DNA of 64,000 bases from a virus. A program made the translations under genes and the position numbers. The stretch spans positions 1 to 64,000 of IMG/VR virus record IMGVR_UViG_3300007513_000026, one strand, 5' to 3'. Of this stretch, positions 37,371-46,214 are shown piece by piece. The notes below the pieces were generated by a model. The model was given only the letters and a program-made list of their open reading frames with translations. It did no database searches and was not told the DNA's origin. How positions within the stretch are numbered: position 1 is the first letter of the stretch; every line of letters starts with the position of its first letter.

Positions 37371-38141
37371 TCAGCCACTCATAAGTTCATTGAATGCTCG
37401 GTCAACCTCGCTCTTCCCATTGGCGGGACCGTACTTGGCTGTCTCAGAAGAACGTCCTTCAGCGGAATTATCGCTAGAAAGCTGTTCATCGAGAATTGCG
37501 TCTACTTGCGCAGGACTCAAACGCTCAAAGAGAGCATCAAAGTCTGGCAAACGATCCAAAAGGGCAGGGATCGCTTCTGTGTCATCAAGGAGGGTCGATG
37601 TATTACGACGCATCTTCAGACTCGTTTGGGGATAGGCACCAGGCTTATTCGGCTTGGTGTAAGTTAGCGTAATATCAGTGCCTTCATTGGCATCTGTAAT
37701 ATCGCCGTATTCGGGATCAAGGATATAGCCGAGAAGCAGTTCGTATGCGGTCTTACCGTAGCCGTATACCTTAACTCCCTCATCCTCGCGGCCACGAATG
37801 ACCACTGGAGAGAAGTACCGAGTCCTCACAAAGAGAGACTTGGCCAGCTTCTTGCTTTCCTCGTCGTTGTTGTCTACTCCCTCTCGCCAAAGCTGAGAGG
37901 CAAATTCACAAATTGAACAGTGATCGCCAAAGTTGCGCTTTGGACAGAGCACTCCGCCTCTGTGATTTCCTACATTATAGTGGAAGAACATTTCCTTCAA
38001 CGGATCCCCATCGTTTGTAGGCACGATGCGAATGTCCGTATCTCCCTCGTCCGGTTTAAACCATGGAGAGTTTCCATTATCCGTGTTCTCACCTCGCAAT
38101 GAGGCAAGCTTCTTTCTCATTAGTTCCATATCAATACTCAT
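37371..38141 (-). CDS. Single-stranded DNA-binding protein, T4 gp32-like
   Basis: WFKP, IRIVP, H...C...CSIC Zn site, YGDITD..G.DI and an acidic tail with DRAFNELM. Start re-called at MSIDM. Confidence 0.85.
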   Translation of the reverse strand: MSIDMELMRKKLASLRGENTDNGNSPWFKPDEGDTDIRIVPTNDGDPLKEMFFHYNVGNHRGGVLCPKRNFGDHCSICEFASQLWREGVDNNDEESKKLAKSLFVRTRYFSPVVIRGREDEGVKVYGYGKTAYELLLGYILDPEYGDITDANEGTDITLTYTKPNKPGAYPQTSLKMRRNTSTLLDDTEAIPALLDRLPDFDALFERLSPAQVDAILDEQLSSDNSAEGRSSETAKYGPANGKSEVDRAFNELMSG

Positions 38142-38191
38142 ACTTTTTTCTCCTTTTTGATGAGTTCGCAACAAGCGTTCCTTGTTACTCT

Positions 38192-38220
38192 ATTATATTA
38201 CTCTTGCTCTACCATGTCAA
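38192..38220 (-). promoter_or_regulatory. Sigma70-type promoter for the SSB gene
   Basis: TTGACA (38220-38215), 17 nt, TATAAT (38197-38192). Confidence 0.85.
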
Positions 38221-39058
38221 GAGTTTTTTGTACTACGTTAGTGCGGGCAACGCAGAACCCAAAATCGGCGCCAGTCTCAGTTTCGTAAATTGCATACGAA
38301 ACCTTACGAAAGGCATTGCGGGGCTTTTCCTTCAGCATATGAACCAATTTCCTATGCAAGCTCCCATCTTTCTCTAACTTTTCCTTATTCATACATAAAT
38401 AATAACATACCTCTCTGTCGATGTCAAGGTCAAAAAACCATTTTTCTTCAAGATTCTTCATGTTCAAAACACCGTAGGTTGTAATACGACAAATCTCTGC
38501 CGGCTTGGCCAAAACGCCAATCTCAGGCTCATTGTGCGCAAAGTAATTCATGTAGTGTACAGCCGACTGAATCATTCCATTGAGTGAACTGTAGTATTCC
38601 TTGATAGGTACGTTCTGCAAAATGGTTTCCAGGTTAAGGTTTGAAATCAAGGTCACAGAATTAAACAGTCCCGACCTCGCATATTCCTGGAGCACACCGA
38701 AGGTGGCATTCTCCATGAGCTTCGGGATTCCCGAGAGCAGATCCACATCTGGCTTGATGTAAAACAAATCAATCTTCTTATCCTTAAGCTGCTCCAGAAT
38801 CCCCAACGCATAGTTAGAACTGTACGATGCCCCCACCACAAAAAACTGAATGTGATCGGCTGCGTCTTTAAAGAACTTTCGGACATCTGGAATGTTTTCT
38901 TCGTATTCCTCGGGCGTCTGGTACTTCTTTAATTTGAACTTATACTTAGACGTTCGTTTAACGCTATTATTCAAACAAAAAACACTATACTGTGGGAGTG
39001 AGGAAAACTTTTCCGCAATCCTGCTACCAGAATTTCCCAGCCCAATAATAGAGATCAT
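38198..39058 (-). CDS. Divergent tubulin/FtsZ/PhuZ-like protein
   Basis: ISIIGLGNSGSRIA (T1 loop), with later IKPD, ENA, ISN and LNGMI in tubulin-like order. The GGGTGSG signature is replaced by VGASYSS. Confidence 0.65.
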   Translation of the reverse strand: MISIIGLGNSGSRIAEKFSSLPQYSVFCLNNSVKRTSKYKFKLKKYQTPEEYEENIPDVRKFFKDAADHIQFFVVGASYSSNYALGILEQLKDKKIDLFYIKPDVDLLSGIPKLMENATFGVLQEYARSGLFNSVTLISNLNLETILQNVPIKEYYSSLNGMIQSAVHYMNYFAHNEPEIGVLAKPAEICRITTYGVLNMKNLEEKWFFDLDIDREVCYYLCMNKEKLEKDGSLHRKLVHMLKEKPRNAFRKVSYAIYETETGADFGFCVARTNVVQKTLDMVEQE

Positions 39059-40230
39059 ATTTTCAACTCTTTAAAGTTAAAGTAGTCCTTCCCTGCATTC
39101 AGGTTGGCCATAAAATTGTCTTTTTCAAAGATCTGTTTAATATCCACTAAACTCTCGCGATCTTCATCGCTCATGTCGATCACAATTTCATCGTGAACAA
39201 TATGAGAAATGAATGACTTCTTGCCCTCAAGAAACTCGTCAATCTCAACAGCCCTCGCAAGAACGCGATCTGCTGTCGAGCTTTGAATGAGATAGTTTAA
39301 GGCTTTCCTCTCGTCCACTAAGATTTTACGATCATATGGTGTATAAATATAACCACCTCGATACCATTCGTCAAGTACTTTTTCGCGATTATAACATTCG
39401 GCATTGAATGCGCTGGATTCGGGGTTATACAGCCACGCAAAGAACAGCGTCTTGGCTGTGTCTCGGTCGCGCTCGCTGATAAAAATGTTCTCCATATTCC
39501 AGGTGTGGATGTCCTCTTGAGGTTGTGATTCTCCGTTCAAATAGAGCAAAGTTCTAGCCTCTGCACCGTTGTAATCCAAAGAGATAAACCAATCGTTATG
39601 CGGCTTTAGAAGTTGACGAAAATTCTTCTGGACTGTCAGTATGGGGAAAGAATTTGGAAGGGTTGTGAGGCGACCGGTGACCGTACCAAAGAGATTGTAG
39701 TCTATGTGTCCGTAGTGGTCAATAAGCTGATTGGACTTCTTGCGCCCCATGGATGTGTAGTACAACTCTCGGCACCCCTCGTTGTTGAGGTTGAGATCTT
39801 GATATTTGATCTTGTGCAGCAGTCGATATACCTTATCCAGAAACTTGTAGTTCTCTGGCTTCTCGAAGTTATCGAAAACGTGCTCTGTAACTTGATTTTT
39901 GATGTCGCAGAACTCCATCAGAAAATCCTGGGGCACAAGGTCAAAAAAGCAGTGCTCTCGCAGGTTGATTTTGCCAATCTTGAAAGCTTTCAAGTATGCT
40001 CTAAATCTGCGCTGGCTGTCCTGGAGTGCTGTCTTTAATTCTTCGGGTGCGGCTTCCTGTAGGTCGAGGCCGTTAGCATACAACCACGCAAACTCCACAT
40101 CCTTGTCGGATACAGAACCAGTGTACTTCCATGTCTTGGTGAGGTTGTCGGGGATTTCATCAAAGTGAAGTTTCCCGTCTACATATACACCAACACATTC
40201 AGTTTTATCATCTAATGTCTGAAAAAACAT
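39055..40230 (-). CDS. Minimal family-A DNA polymerase (391 aa)
   Basis: TVTGRL, motif A DYNGAEAR, motif B RDTAKTLFFAWLY, NYLIQS and motif C VHDE. Confidence 0.85.
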   Translation of the reverse strand: MFFQTLDDKTECVGVYVDGKLHFDEIPDNLTKTWKYTGSVSDKDVEFAWLYANGLDLQEAAPEELKTALQDSQRRFRAYLKAFKIGKINLREHCFFDLVPQDFLMEFCDIKNQVTEHVFDNFEKPENYKFLDKVYRLLHKIKYQDLNLNNEGCRELYYTSMGRKKSNQLIDHYGHIDYNLFGTVTGRLTTLPNSFPILTVQKNFRQLLKPHNDWFISLDYNGAEARTLLYLNGESQPQEDIHTWNMENIFISERDRDTAKTLFFAWLYNPESSAFNAECYNREKVLDEWYRGGYIYTPYDRKILVDERKALNYLIQSSTADRVLARAVEIDEFLEGKKSFISHIVHDEIVIDMSDEDRESLVDIKQIFEKDNFMANLNAGKDYFNFKELKI

Positions 40231-40239
40231 TTACCCTTC

Positions 40240-41442
40240 TTATTCGATCTCGGACTCGCGCATTGCGTCTACCTGTTTATAAATATAACTCAAAGAGCCG
40301 CGATAGTCAAATGGTTTATTAATAATTCTTTCAAAAACATACAAAGCTTTGTCTAATCCTCGGGTAAGATAAATCTGAACACAGTCCCGTTCGAGTTGTG
40401 CGCGTGGAGCATCGTCTTCTTTGGATTCGTCTTCCCAAAACCTTATCTTCATATAGAGTTTAAAAAAATAAATCTCTCTGTATTGTTGGGCAATTTGTGC
40501 CAGACTATAAGAACTGGGGGTTACCAAAGAGGTGATACTCCGATCTCCGCATTCTTCAATTTCAATGATGGTCTCTTCTTTACAAATATTATACAAACTC
40601 AACAGATAGGGCATTAAATTATTAAAATAAGAAAGATGAGAGGGCCCGTAAATCGAATGAATAATGAGATCCGTGCCCCCCAGCGCATAGCGCGCGGCAT
40701 ATTCTATCATTGCGGATGAACCAATGTCGGCCACCAGGCGCCATGGCATTTCTTGATCAATCATGAATCCGTATGACTTGCAAGTGTTAACATAAAATTC
40801 CCAATTAGGGCTGTTAACAAAGGCGTTTATCTTTTCATCGTCATTAACAGGATCCAAATCTGCTATCTCAACCACCAATCCTGACACATTAATAGGACAG
40901 CGTCGGCTTTTAACAAAAGCAGTCTTGGTGAAAGGAATACTGTGGCTTGGTTTTTCAAGCATCGGGTTCAGTTTTTCTATGAACTCATCAAAATTTTTAA
41001 CGTTTAGTTTATCTCCCTTAAAGTTGGCAGCTATCGTACCAAAATAAATATTTTTATAACCTTGATATAAGATTTCAGGACTTTGGTAAGCTTTATATAC
41101 CAAAAGATTGCTCAGGTACGGATCGGAAGTATTAATTTTGCCAGCCATGGCACATTTACGAAATTGTCGGGCCATGTCTTCAAAGGCATCCACTACAAAT
41201 TTGATACCCTGGGCTGGTTGGGAGACGCTTTTAAATCCCTTTAGGGAGATGTCAGGATCCCGAATTTGAATGGGTACAAATAATCTATTAACCCGCCCAT
41301 ACAACAACTTCTCTCCATAATTAAAATTAGTGATGTTGGGATAGTTGTTAGCATAATCTAACATGTTGCTTTTATAAACCATCTTTTTGTTAAACAAATC
41401 TCGGGTCGATTCGTTGTTTTTTTCTTTATAATAAGCAGACAT
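40240..41442 (-). CDS. Hypothetical protein (400 aa), last gene of the tail operon
   Basis: Long ORF coupled to the upstream baseplate gene by a TAATG overlap. Confidence 0.7.
   Translation of the reverse strand: MSAYYKEKNNESTRDLFNKKMVYKSNMLDYANNYPNITNFNYGEKLLYGRVNRLFVPIQIRDPDISLKGFKSVSQPAQGIKFVVDAFEDMARQFRKCAMAGKINTSDPYLSNLLVYKAYQSPEILYQGYKNIYFGTIAANFKGDKLNVKNFDEFIEKLNPMLEKPSHSIPFTKTAFVKSRRCPINVSGLVVEIADLDPVNDDEKINAFVNSPNWEFYVNTCKSYGFMIDQEMPWRLVADIGSSAMIEYAARYALGGTDLIIHSIYGPSHLSYFNNLMPYLLSLYNICKEETIIEIEECGDRSITSLVTPSSYSLAQIAQQYREIYFFKLYMKIRFWEDESKEDDAPRAQLERDCVQIYLTRGLDKALYVFERIINKPFDYRGSLSYIYKQVDAMRESEIE
40282..40310 (-). promoter_or_regulatory. Sigma70-type promoter for polA, inside the upstream CDS
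   Basis: TTGACT (40310-40305), 17 nt, TATATT (40287-40282). Confidence 0.65.
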
Positions 41443-44400
41443 TAACTTTCACCCCCAAAAACAAACTCCATCAATCCAGATCCGTCTTTAGCTTCTTGTT
41501 CTCGATTAGAATTCTCTGCCTCCGACCAACAATAAATGGCGCGCGTGGGACTAGCCGTCGTCATGCTGCCGGCCGAGGGGGTGTTGGTCGCTTTGGCATT
41601 TGTGCTAGCTACCCATTTCGCGTGAATGCGGGAATTAGCACGGCCCGGCCCAAAGCTATGTTCGGAACGAATAATCATGTGATACCCTCCAATACCTATT
41701 TGCGTTAAATCTATAGTATCACTCCCAATAACGGTGTTGGGCGAAAAGCCCCTAGGATCCACATAAATATAGCTCCCCGGAAATGCACTGACATTCGCAT
41801 AAGTCTCAATATCCACATCAAAGACTTCACGCAACTGTTTAAGTCCATCATAACCATCTTGTTCAAAGCGCAACTCTTTAAGTCCTGTCGAGTCTGTCTT
41901 TTTCAGCTTAATGGTTTTGGTAATGCCTCTGTCTCGACCAATGGAATAATGAAAGATGCCATTCGTATGATCTGTAGCCTCATCTCCCGTCATTTGCTCT
42001 GCTGGTTGTGTGCGTCCTGCGAAATAAGCCAAATAGTTAATCTCTTTGTCAACACCCTTCTCTACGATGGGAAGATCTCGATCACCTCCAATGTTTTTAA
42101 GTAAGGGTCGAGTGTTTTTGTGATCTTTAAGCCAGAGCCGGCTGATGTTAGTCTTCGAGGTTTTGTTTCGGTCTCCCCATATAAGTTCGGTGATTTCATC
42201 GGCATGATTTGTAGTGTCTCTATATGATGTGACGACTGCTTGGTTAACGCGAGTCTTTTGTTTGGCTTCATTGCTAAAACATTGATTGCTGTTCAAAAAC
42301 TCTCTTATGAGTTCATTAAAAAAATCATTTAAAAACTTAGGGAGCGGATAGTACACCTCGTCCCTCTTCGCCATTTTACGAGAGAGCCATTCTGTAAAGT
42401 ATTTGACGGAAATTGGCAAATCCCCCAAACTGGGGAACAAAGATTCCTTGTTCTCATCCGGACTCACAATCTCCAAAGGACCCAACAGAAGCCGAAAATT
42501 TTTATACTGCTCGCCCATGGCACGAACAACAGCTACTTGCTGATCGATCTGCTCTAAGACCGTTTCATCATCCATTGGCTTTTCATCTGGTGCGGGTGTT
42601 TTTAAATATTGTCCAGGGTTTTGACGCATTTCTTTCAAATAGTTTTGCAAGCTATTATCTCCATTAAATTTTTCATCAATCCCTTCTAAAATCAAATCCA
42701 TCAAATCGCTGACGTAGAAAAAAGAAAGAGTTTGTGTTTTGTTTTCTGCACCGGTTCCTGCAATGCTCAATAGTTTGACTCGATCTTCTTCGGTGGCTCC
42801 ACTTCCAATTGCCTGCTGAATTTGTCCCGATAAGGCGATTTCATTCCCCTCGGATAGCGTACTGACTTTGCCGATGATTTGGGATGCGTCGAAGAAAGGA
42901 CCCTCTTGTCTAAACTTAAGAACATCGGCGGATTCTAGCTGTATAAATCTGATTTTGTGATTTTCAAATAGACCCCCTATGAGGGACTGAAAACTTGTCA
43001 CCCTGTCTTCTTCTATTTCGGTTTTTTGTGCTTTCTGTAGCTCGCTGTATTCTTTTGATGCACACTTGGTAACCCAGGTTTGAGCTTTAATTTTTCTTTC
43101 TATTCGGTTCTTCTCGGCGCTAACGCTGTTGAATATATTAAAGTTAGGCTGATCATAAAAGTCTTCCACATACGCTAAATAATTAATCACAAACTTAACA
43201 CGCCCTTGATCATCAATATCAAAGGTGTGAACAGTGGGGGTTAAATTGAGAGTGACACAAGAATTATAAATAGCGTCTTTCACATCGGTGGTTAAGGTGC
43301 TGTTGTTCGGCCAATCACTTCTATAAGCCCAGCCTACTACTGCTTTGAGACGAAAATCCAATTTAGCTAAATTCTCTTGTTTAACGTCAGTTTCTTTGGG
43401 ATTAAAACTTGCTAAACTAAGGCTCCGATCAACACCAGTTTTCAAGGCGAGGTCAACGTACTTAAATTCTGTAGTGGTGCCGCGTGGTACTAACAACTCA
43501 TCAAAGCTGTTTGCAAAGAGAGTAAGTTTCGCCTTAATACTCTTCTTAATAGCAAATGGATTGTCGGCTTCATATGAAAATGTAAAATCTTGGACGCCCA
43601 CTCCTATACCTCGTTTAGATTTGTCTTCTCCAAAATTAATAATCTCGTTTTCCGTAAAGGTTGAATCAAAAGGAATTGGAAACTGAGTAGGGGGAGAAAT
43701 GGGATTACCATCAGAATCCCTTTCGGTGATTATTTTGTAAAGACGAATCATAGGCTGTAAATTTGCTATTTGATCCGTCTGCATCGTCATTAGGTGTGTG
43801 TAGCCGGGATGTTGTGTAAGGTGGTTGATGAAAGCAAAGGGATCTCCGCGCGCTAACAAACTAGCATTGCATATCTTATTGTTCCAGGGTTCTGTGGTGA
43901 CACCATTGACGGCCGGCGTGGCGGTATATGGGAGCCTTTTGCCGTTCAATTTCCCATCGAGTTCAGCCGTTTTATATTTGACCAAGTGTTGTATTTCTGC
44001 CAGCAAAAAACATTGTTCATTAAAGAAGGGTGGCGTAGTAGTTGTAACATCACTAAGCGAAACCCCGCCTTCTTCGCTTTCTTTGTCCAATGCCGCGAGT
44101 AAGTTTTTAAGATCTTCAATTATATTAGGATCTTGGGTGGGAGCATAAGGACCCGTGCGCGCGGCGATCTCAGCCTCTAATGCAGCCCTGTATGCATCAG
44201 TGGCATTGTTAATCGCGTCTAGATCTTTCCCAAGCTTCTCTGAGGTTTCTGATATGCTTTCAAGAGCCTCGATTAGCGCTAACACCTCGGAATCCCCAGA
44301 GCAGCCGTTAGCAGTAGCTGCCTTTGTATTATTTTCGGATACTTTAGATGTCGCGGTCGAAAAGCCACTTATATTTGCAGCGTTGTCGCCGGTTTCATTC

Positions 44401-44729
44401 CAGCTTTTCGTGGAAAGGGAAGTCAAATTAAGACCACATTTCTTGGCGGTGCCGTCATCGACGGCATCCGAATAATTTTTGGCGGCAGTGTTGTAGCTCT
44501 CAATAGCCGCCAATACGTTTTCCCTGGCGGCGGTGCGCTCCTCTGTCGTACTGGTGGCCATGGCGGTCTGTCTTGCTGCGGCGGCTTCTTCGCTAGCTTG
44601 ATCAGCCGTCCAGATGCTGCGGGCAGCCTTAGACGCACTGGTTTCTACCTGGGCGCCTCCCTTTACAGTATAAGTCTCCGGTGTCGGCTTTTCAGCGGGC
44701 TCGTTGTATTCGTATTCTTCTCCCGGCAC
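41442..44729 (-). CDS. Baseplate hub-like protein (gp27/VgrG-type position)
   Basis: Follows the LysM/gp53-like gene. The C-terminal ANVSAFPGSYIYV...GGYHMIIRSEHSF pattern is typical of hub proteins. Confidence 0.55.
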   Translation of the reverse strand: MPGEEYEYNEPAEKPTPETYTVKGGAQVETSASKAARSIWTADQASEEAAAARQTAMATSTTEERTAARENVLAAIESYNTAAKNYSDAVDDGTAKKCGLNLTSLSTKSWNETGDNAANISGFSTATSKVSENNTKAATANGCSGDSEVLALIEALESISETSEKLGKDLDAINNATDAYRAALEAEIAARTGPYAPTQDPNIIEDLKNLLAALDKESEEGGVSLSDVTTTTPPFFNEQCFLLAEIQHLVKYKTAELDGKLNGKRLPYTATPAVNGVTTEPWNNKICNASLLARGDPFAFINHLTQHPGYTHLMTMQTDQIANLQPMIRLYKIITERDSDGNPISPPTQFPIPFDSTFTENEIINFGEDKSKRGIGVGVQDFTFSYEADNPFAIKKSIKAKLTLFANSFDELLVPRGTTTEFKYVDLALKTGVDRSLSLASFNPKETDVKQENLAKLDFRLKAVVGWAYRSDWPNNSTLTTDVKDAIYNSCVTLNLTPTVHTFDIDDQGRVKFVINYLAYVEDFYDQPNFNIFNSVSAEKNRIERKIKAQTWVTKCASKEYSELQKAQKTEIEEDRVTSFQSLIGGLFENHKIRFIQLESADVLKFRQEGPFFDASQIIGKVSTLSEGNEIALSGQIQQAIGSGATEEDRVKLLSIAGTGAENKTQTLSFFYVSDLMDLILEGIDEKFNGDNSLQNYLKEMRQNPGQYLKTPAPDEKPMDDETVLEQIDQQVAVVRAMGEQYKNFRLLLGPLEIVSPDENKESLFPSLGDLPISVKYFTEWLSRKMAKRDEVYYPLPKFLNDFFNELIREFLNSNQCFSNEAKQKTRVNQAVVTSYRDTTNHADEITELIWGDRNKTSKTNISRLWLKDHKNTRPLLKNIGGDRDLPIVEKGVDKEINYLAYFAGRTQPAEQMTGDEATDHTNGIFHYSIGRDRGITKTIKLKKTDSTGLKELRFEQDGYDGLKQLREVFDVDIETYANVSAFPGSYIYVDPRGFSPNTVIGSDTIDLTQIGIGGYHMIIRSEHSFGPGRANSRIHAKWVASTNAKATNTPSAGSMTTASPTRAIYCWSEAENSNREQEAKDGSGLMEFVFGGES

Positions 44730-44732
44730 AGC

Positions 44733-45068
44733 TTAAGCCCCCAAAACCTTCAGGGCGGCCGCGATGTCGAGAGGAATCTCAAGGAGGGCGCCTATGGAAA
44801 CATCAGCCTCTACTCCATAACTGTTCCACCAAGCGATTACCCACCAAAAGCGCGCATCGCCATAATAAGTGTTGGCTAAACTATAGAATCGGTCGCCGTA
44901 CTTCCATACGTGCTTGGTGCTTTTAAGCGCAACTCTCGCCCGTAACGAAGGATTTCGCATTATTGGTGTTTCATACTGCTCAATAGCCTTAAGTCCTCTC
45001 GATTTTCTCAGAGGTTCATAGTACTCGCTATCGTTCAATATTGTTCTGCGTTTGTTGTTTCTTGCCAT
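44733..45068 (-). CDS. LysM-like baseplate protein (gp53/tail X-like)
   Basis: GDRFYSLANTYYGDARFWWVIAWWN...GALLEIP. Confidence 0.8.
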   Translation of the reverse strand: MARNNKRRTILNDSEYYEPLRKSRGLKAIEQYETPIMRNPSLRARVALKSTKHVWKYGDRFYSLANTYYGDARFWWVIAWWNSYGVEADVSIGALLEIPLDIAAALKVLGA

Positions 45069-45094
45069 TGTTTATATTCCTATTGATATCCCAA

Positions 45095-46204
45095 TTAGAG
45101 TTCACGAAGCGCGGCGTTGAGGTCTTCTACAGGAATCTCAGCATAACGGTCCTCAAGCTCATCCGCTTCTTCGAAAATTCTCACCGAAGGTTCGAAAGCT
45201 TCGTATCTGTCTGACCCCATCCCGGCGCCGTTGGCCGCCTTGGAGTTTGCCACTTTATTCTGTATATCGGCATTTTGGTTGGCGGCTTCTTCGGCTGTTG
45301 ACTCCGGTGGAGGGGTTGTGGCATTTTCCGTTTTCTCGGTCGCGGTCGCGCCGTCGTCGCCGTCGGCGTTGAGAGTGTCGTCGTCAGCGGGCATTGCTTC
45401 GGCGGCGTTTTTGACATTTGTTTTGGTCGGTGCAGGGGCCGAATTGCTCCCCCCCGTACCAGCGCCACCTTCGGGCACCGTGGCACCAACTCCATAAGGA
45501 AAGCTTGGTCCGTCCTGAACCCCGTTGTATCCCACTCCAAACTTGTTCTCGTCGTTCCATCCCAAGGCGTGCTCGTGAATAGGCGAAAAGTCAAGATTAA
45601 TCTCAATTAATTTGGGAAGAATTACACCCCCGTCATAAGCTACTACACCGACATCTGTATCTAAGTTGTGGTTGATGGTGAGATTACCGACCACTCCCAA
45701 AAGCCCGTCGTCGCCAGCACCGCCCGTGGTGTAACCGTCAAACTGTTCTCCAGATGCACCGGCCGTATTTGTGGCAAGATTCATGAGCTTAAGACGGATC
45801 AGAGGAGATTGTGTGATCGTTTGTGCTTGTCCTGTTTCTATATAAGTGGGGTAAAGGAACTGAGTTAAAAGCTGTACCTTTCCTAGATTATCGTAGGCAT
45901 CGCTAGCTGTTGTTGCAGGCACTTTAAATGCGAGTGTAATTTTGCGCGTTGTGTTCTTAAAGAGGTATATGGGATCGGCGCGACCATATACTACTTCCGA
46001 TGCCCAATCGGAATTAAAGGTTTCATTGTAAGCTGTAATATATGCCTTAAAGTATACTGTGTTGTTTGTGGGTACATGTGTAAACCCGATTTTTTGGCCT
46101 CCCTCGTTGGCCAGTTCCACATCGCGCTCAACATATCTCCCAAGAGGATCTTCAGTGGGATCAGCATTCCGCTTGTCATTGAAAGGGTTCCAAAAATCTG
46201 ACAT
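45095..46204 (-). CDS. Tail-tube initiator/baseplate protein with a low-complexity C-terminus
   Basis: W..EVVYGRADPIYLFKNTTRKITLAF...LYP pattern, located just downstream of the tape measure gene. Confidence 0.6.
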   Translation of the reverse strand: MSDFWNPFNDKRNADPTEDPLGRYVERDVELANEGGQKIGFTHVPTNNTVYFKAYITAYNETFNSDWASEVVYGRADPIYLFKNTTRKITLAFKVPATTASDAYDNLGKVQLLTQFLYPTYIETGQAQTITQSPLIRLKLMNLATNTAGASGEQFDGYTTGGAGDDGLLGVVGNLTINHNLDTDVGVVAYDGGVILPKLIEINLDFSPIHEHALGWNDENKFGVGYNGVQDGPSFPYGVGATVPEGGAGTGGSNSAPAPTKTNVKNAAEAMPADDDTLNADGDDGATATEKTENATTPPPESTAEEAANQNADIQNKVANSKAANGAGMGSDRYEAFEPSVRIFEEADELEDRYAEIPVEDLNAALREL

Positions 46205-46214
46205 GTCTTTCTCC

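Noticed and set aside
11185-38141. Bacterial chromosome or prophage interpretation based on groEL, dnaE, recA and clpP
   Set aside because: These genes are divergent, interleaved with phage-type genes on a single strand and contiguous with the virion module. No integrase or host boundary is visible.
38198-39058. Nucleus-forming (chimallivirus) lifestyle implied by the tubulin
   Set aside because: No chimallin or multisubunit RNAP is recognisable, the phage uses host sigma70 promoters, and the head and tail are T4-like.
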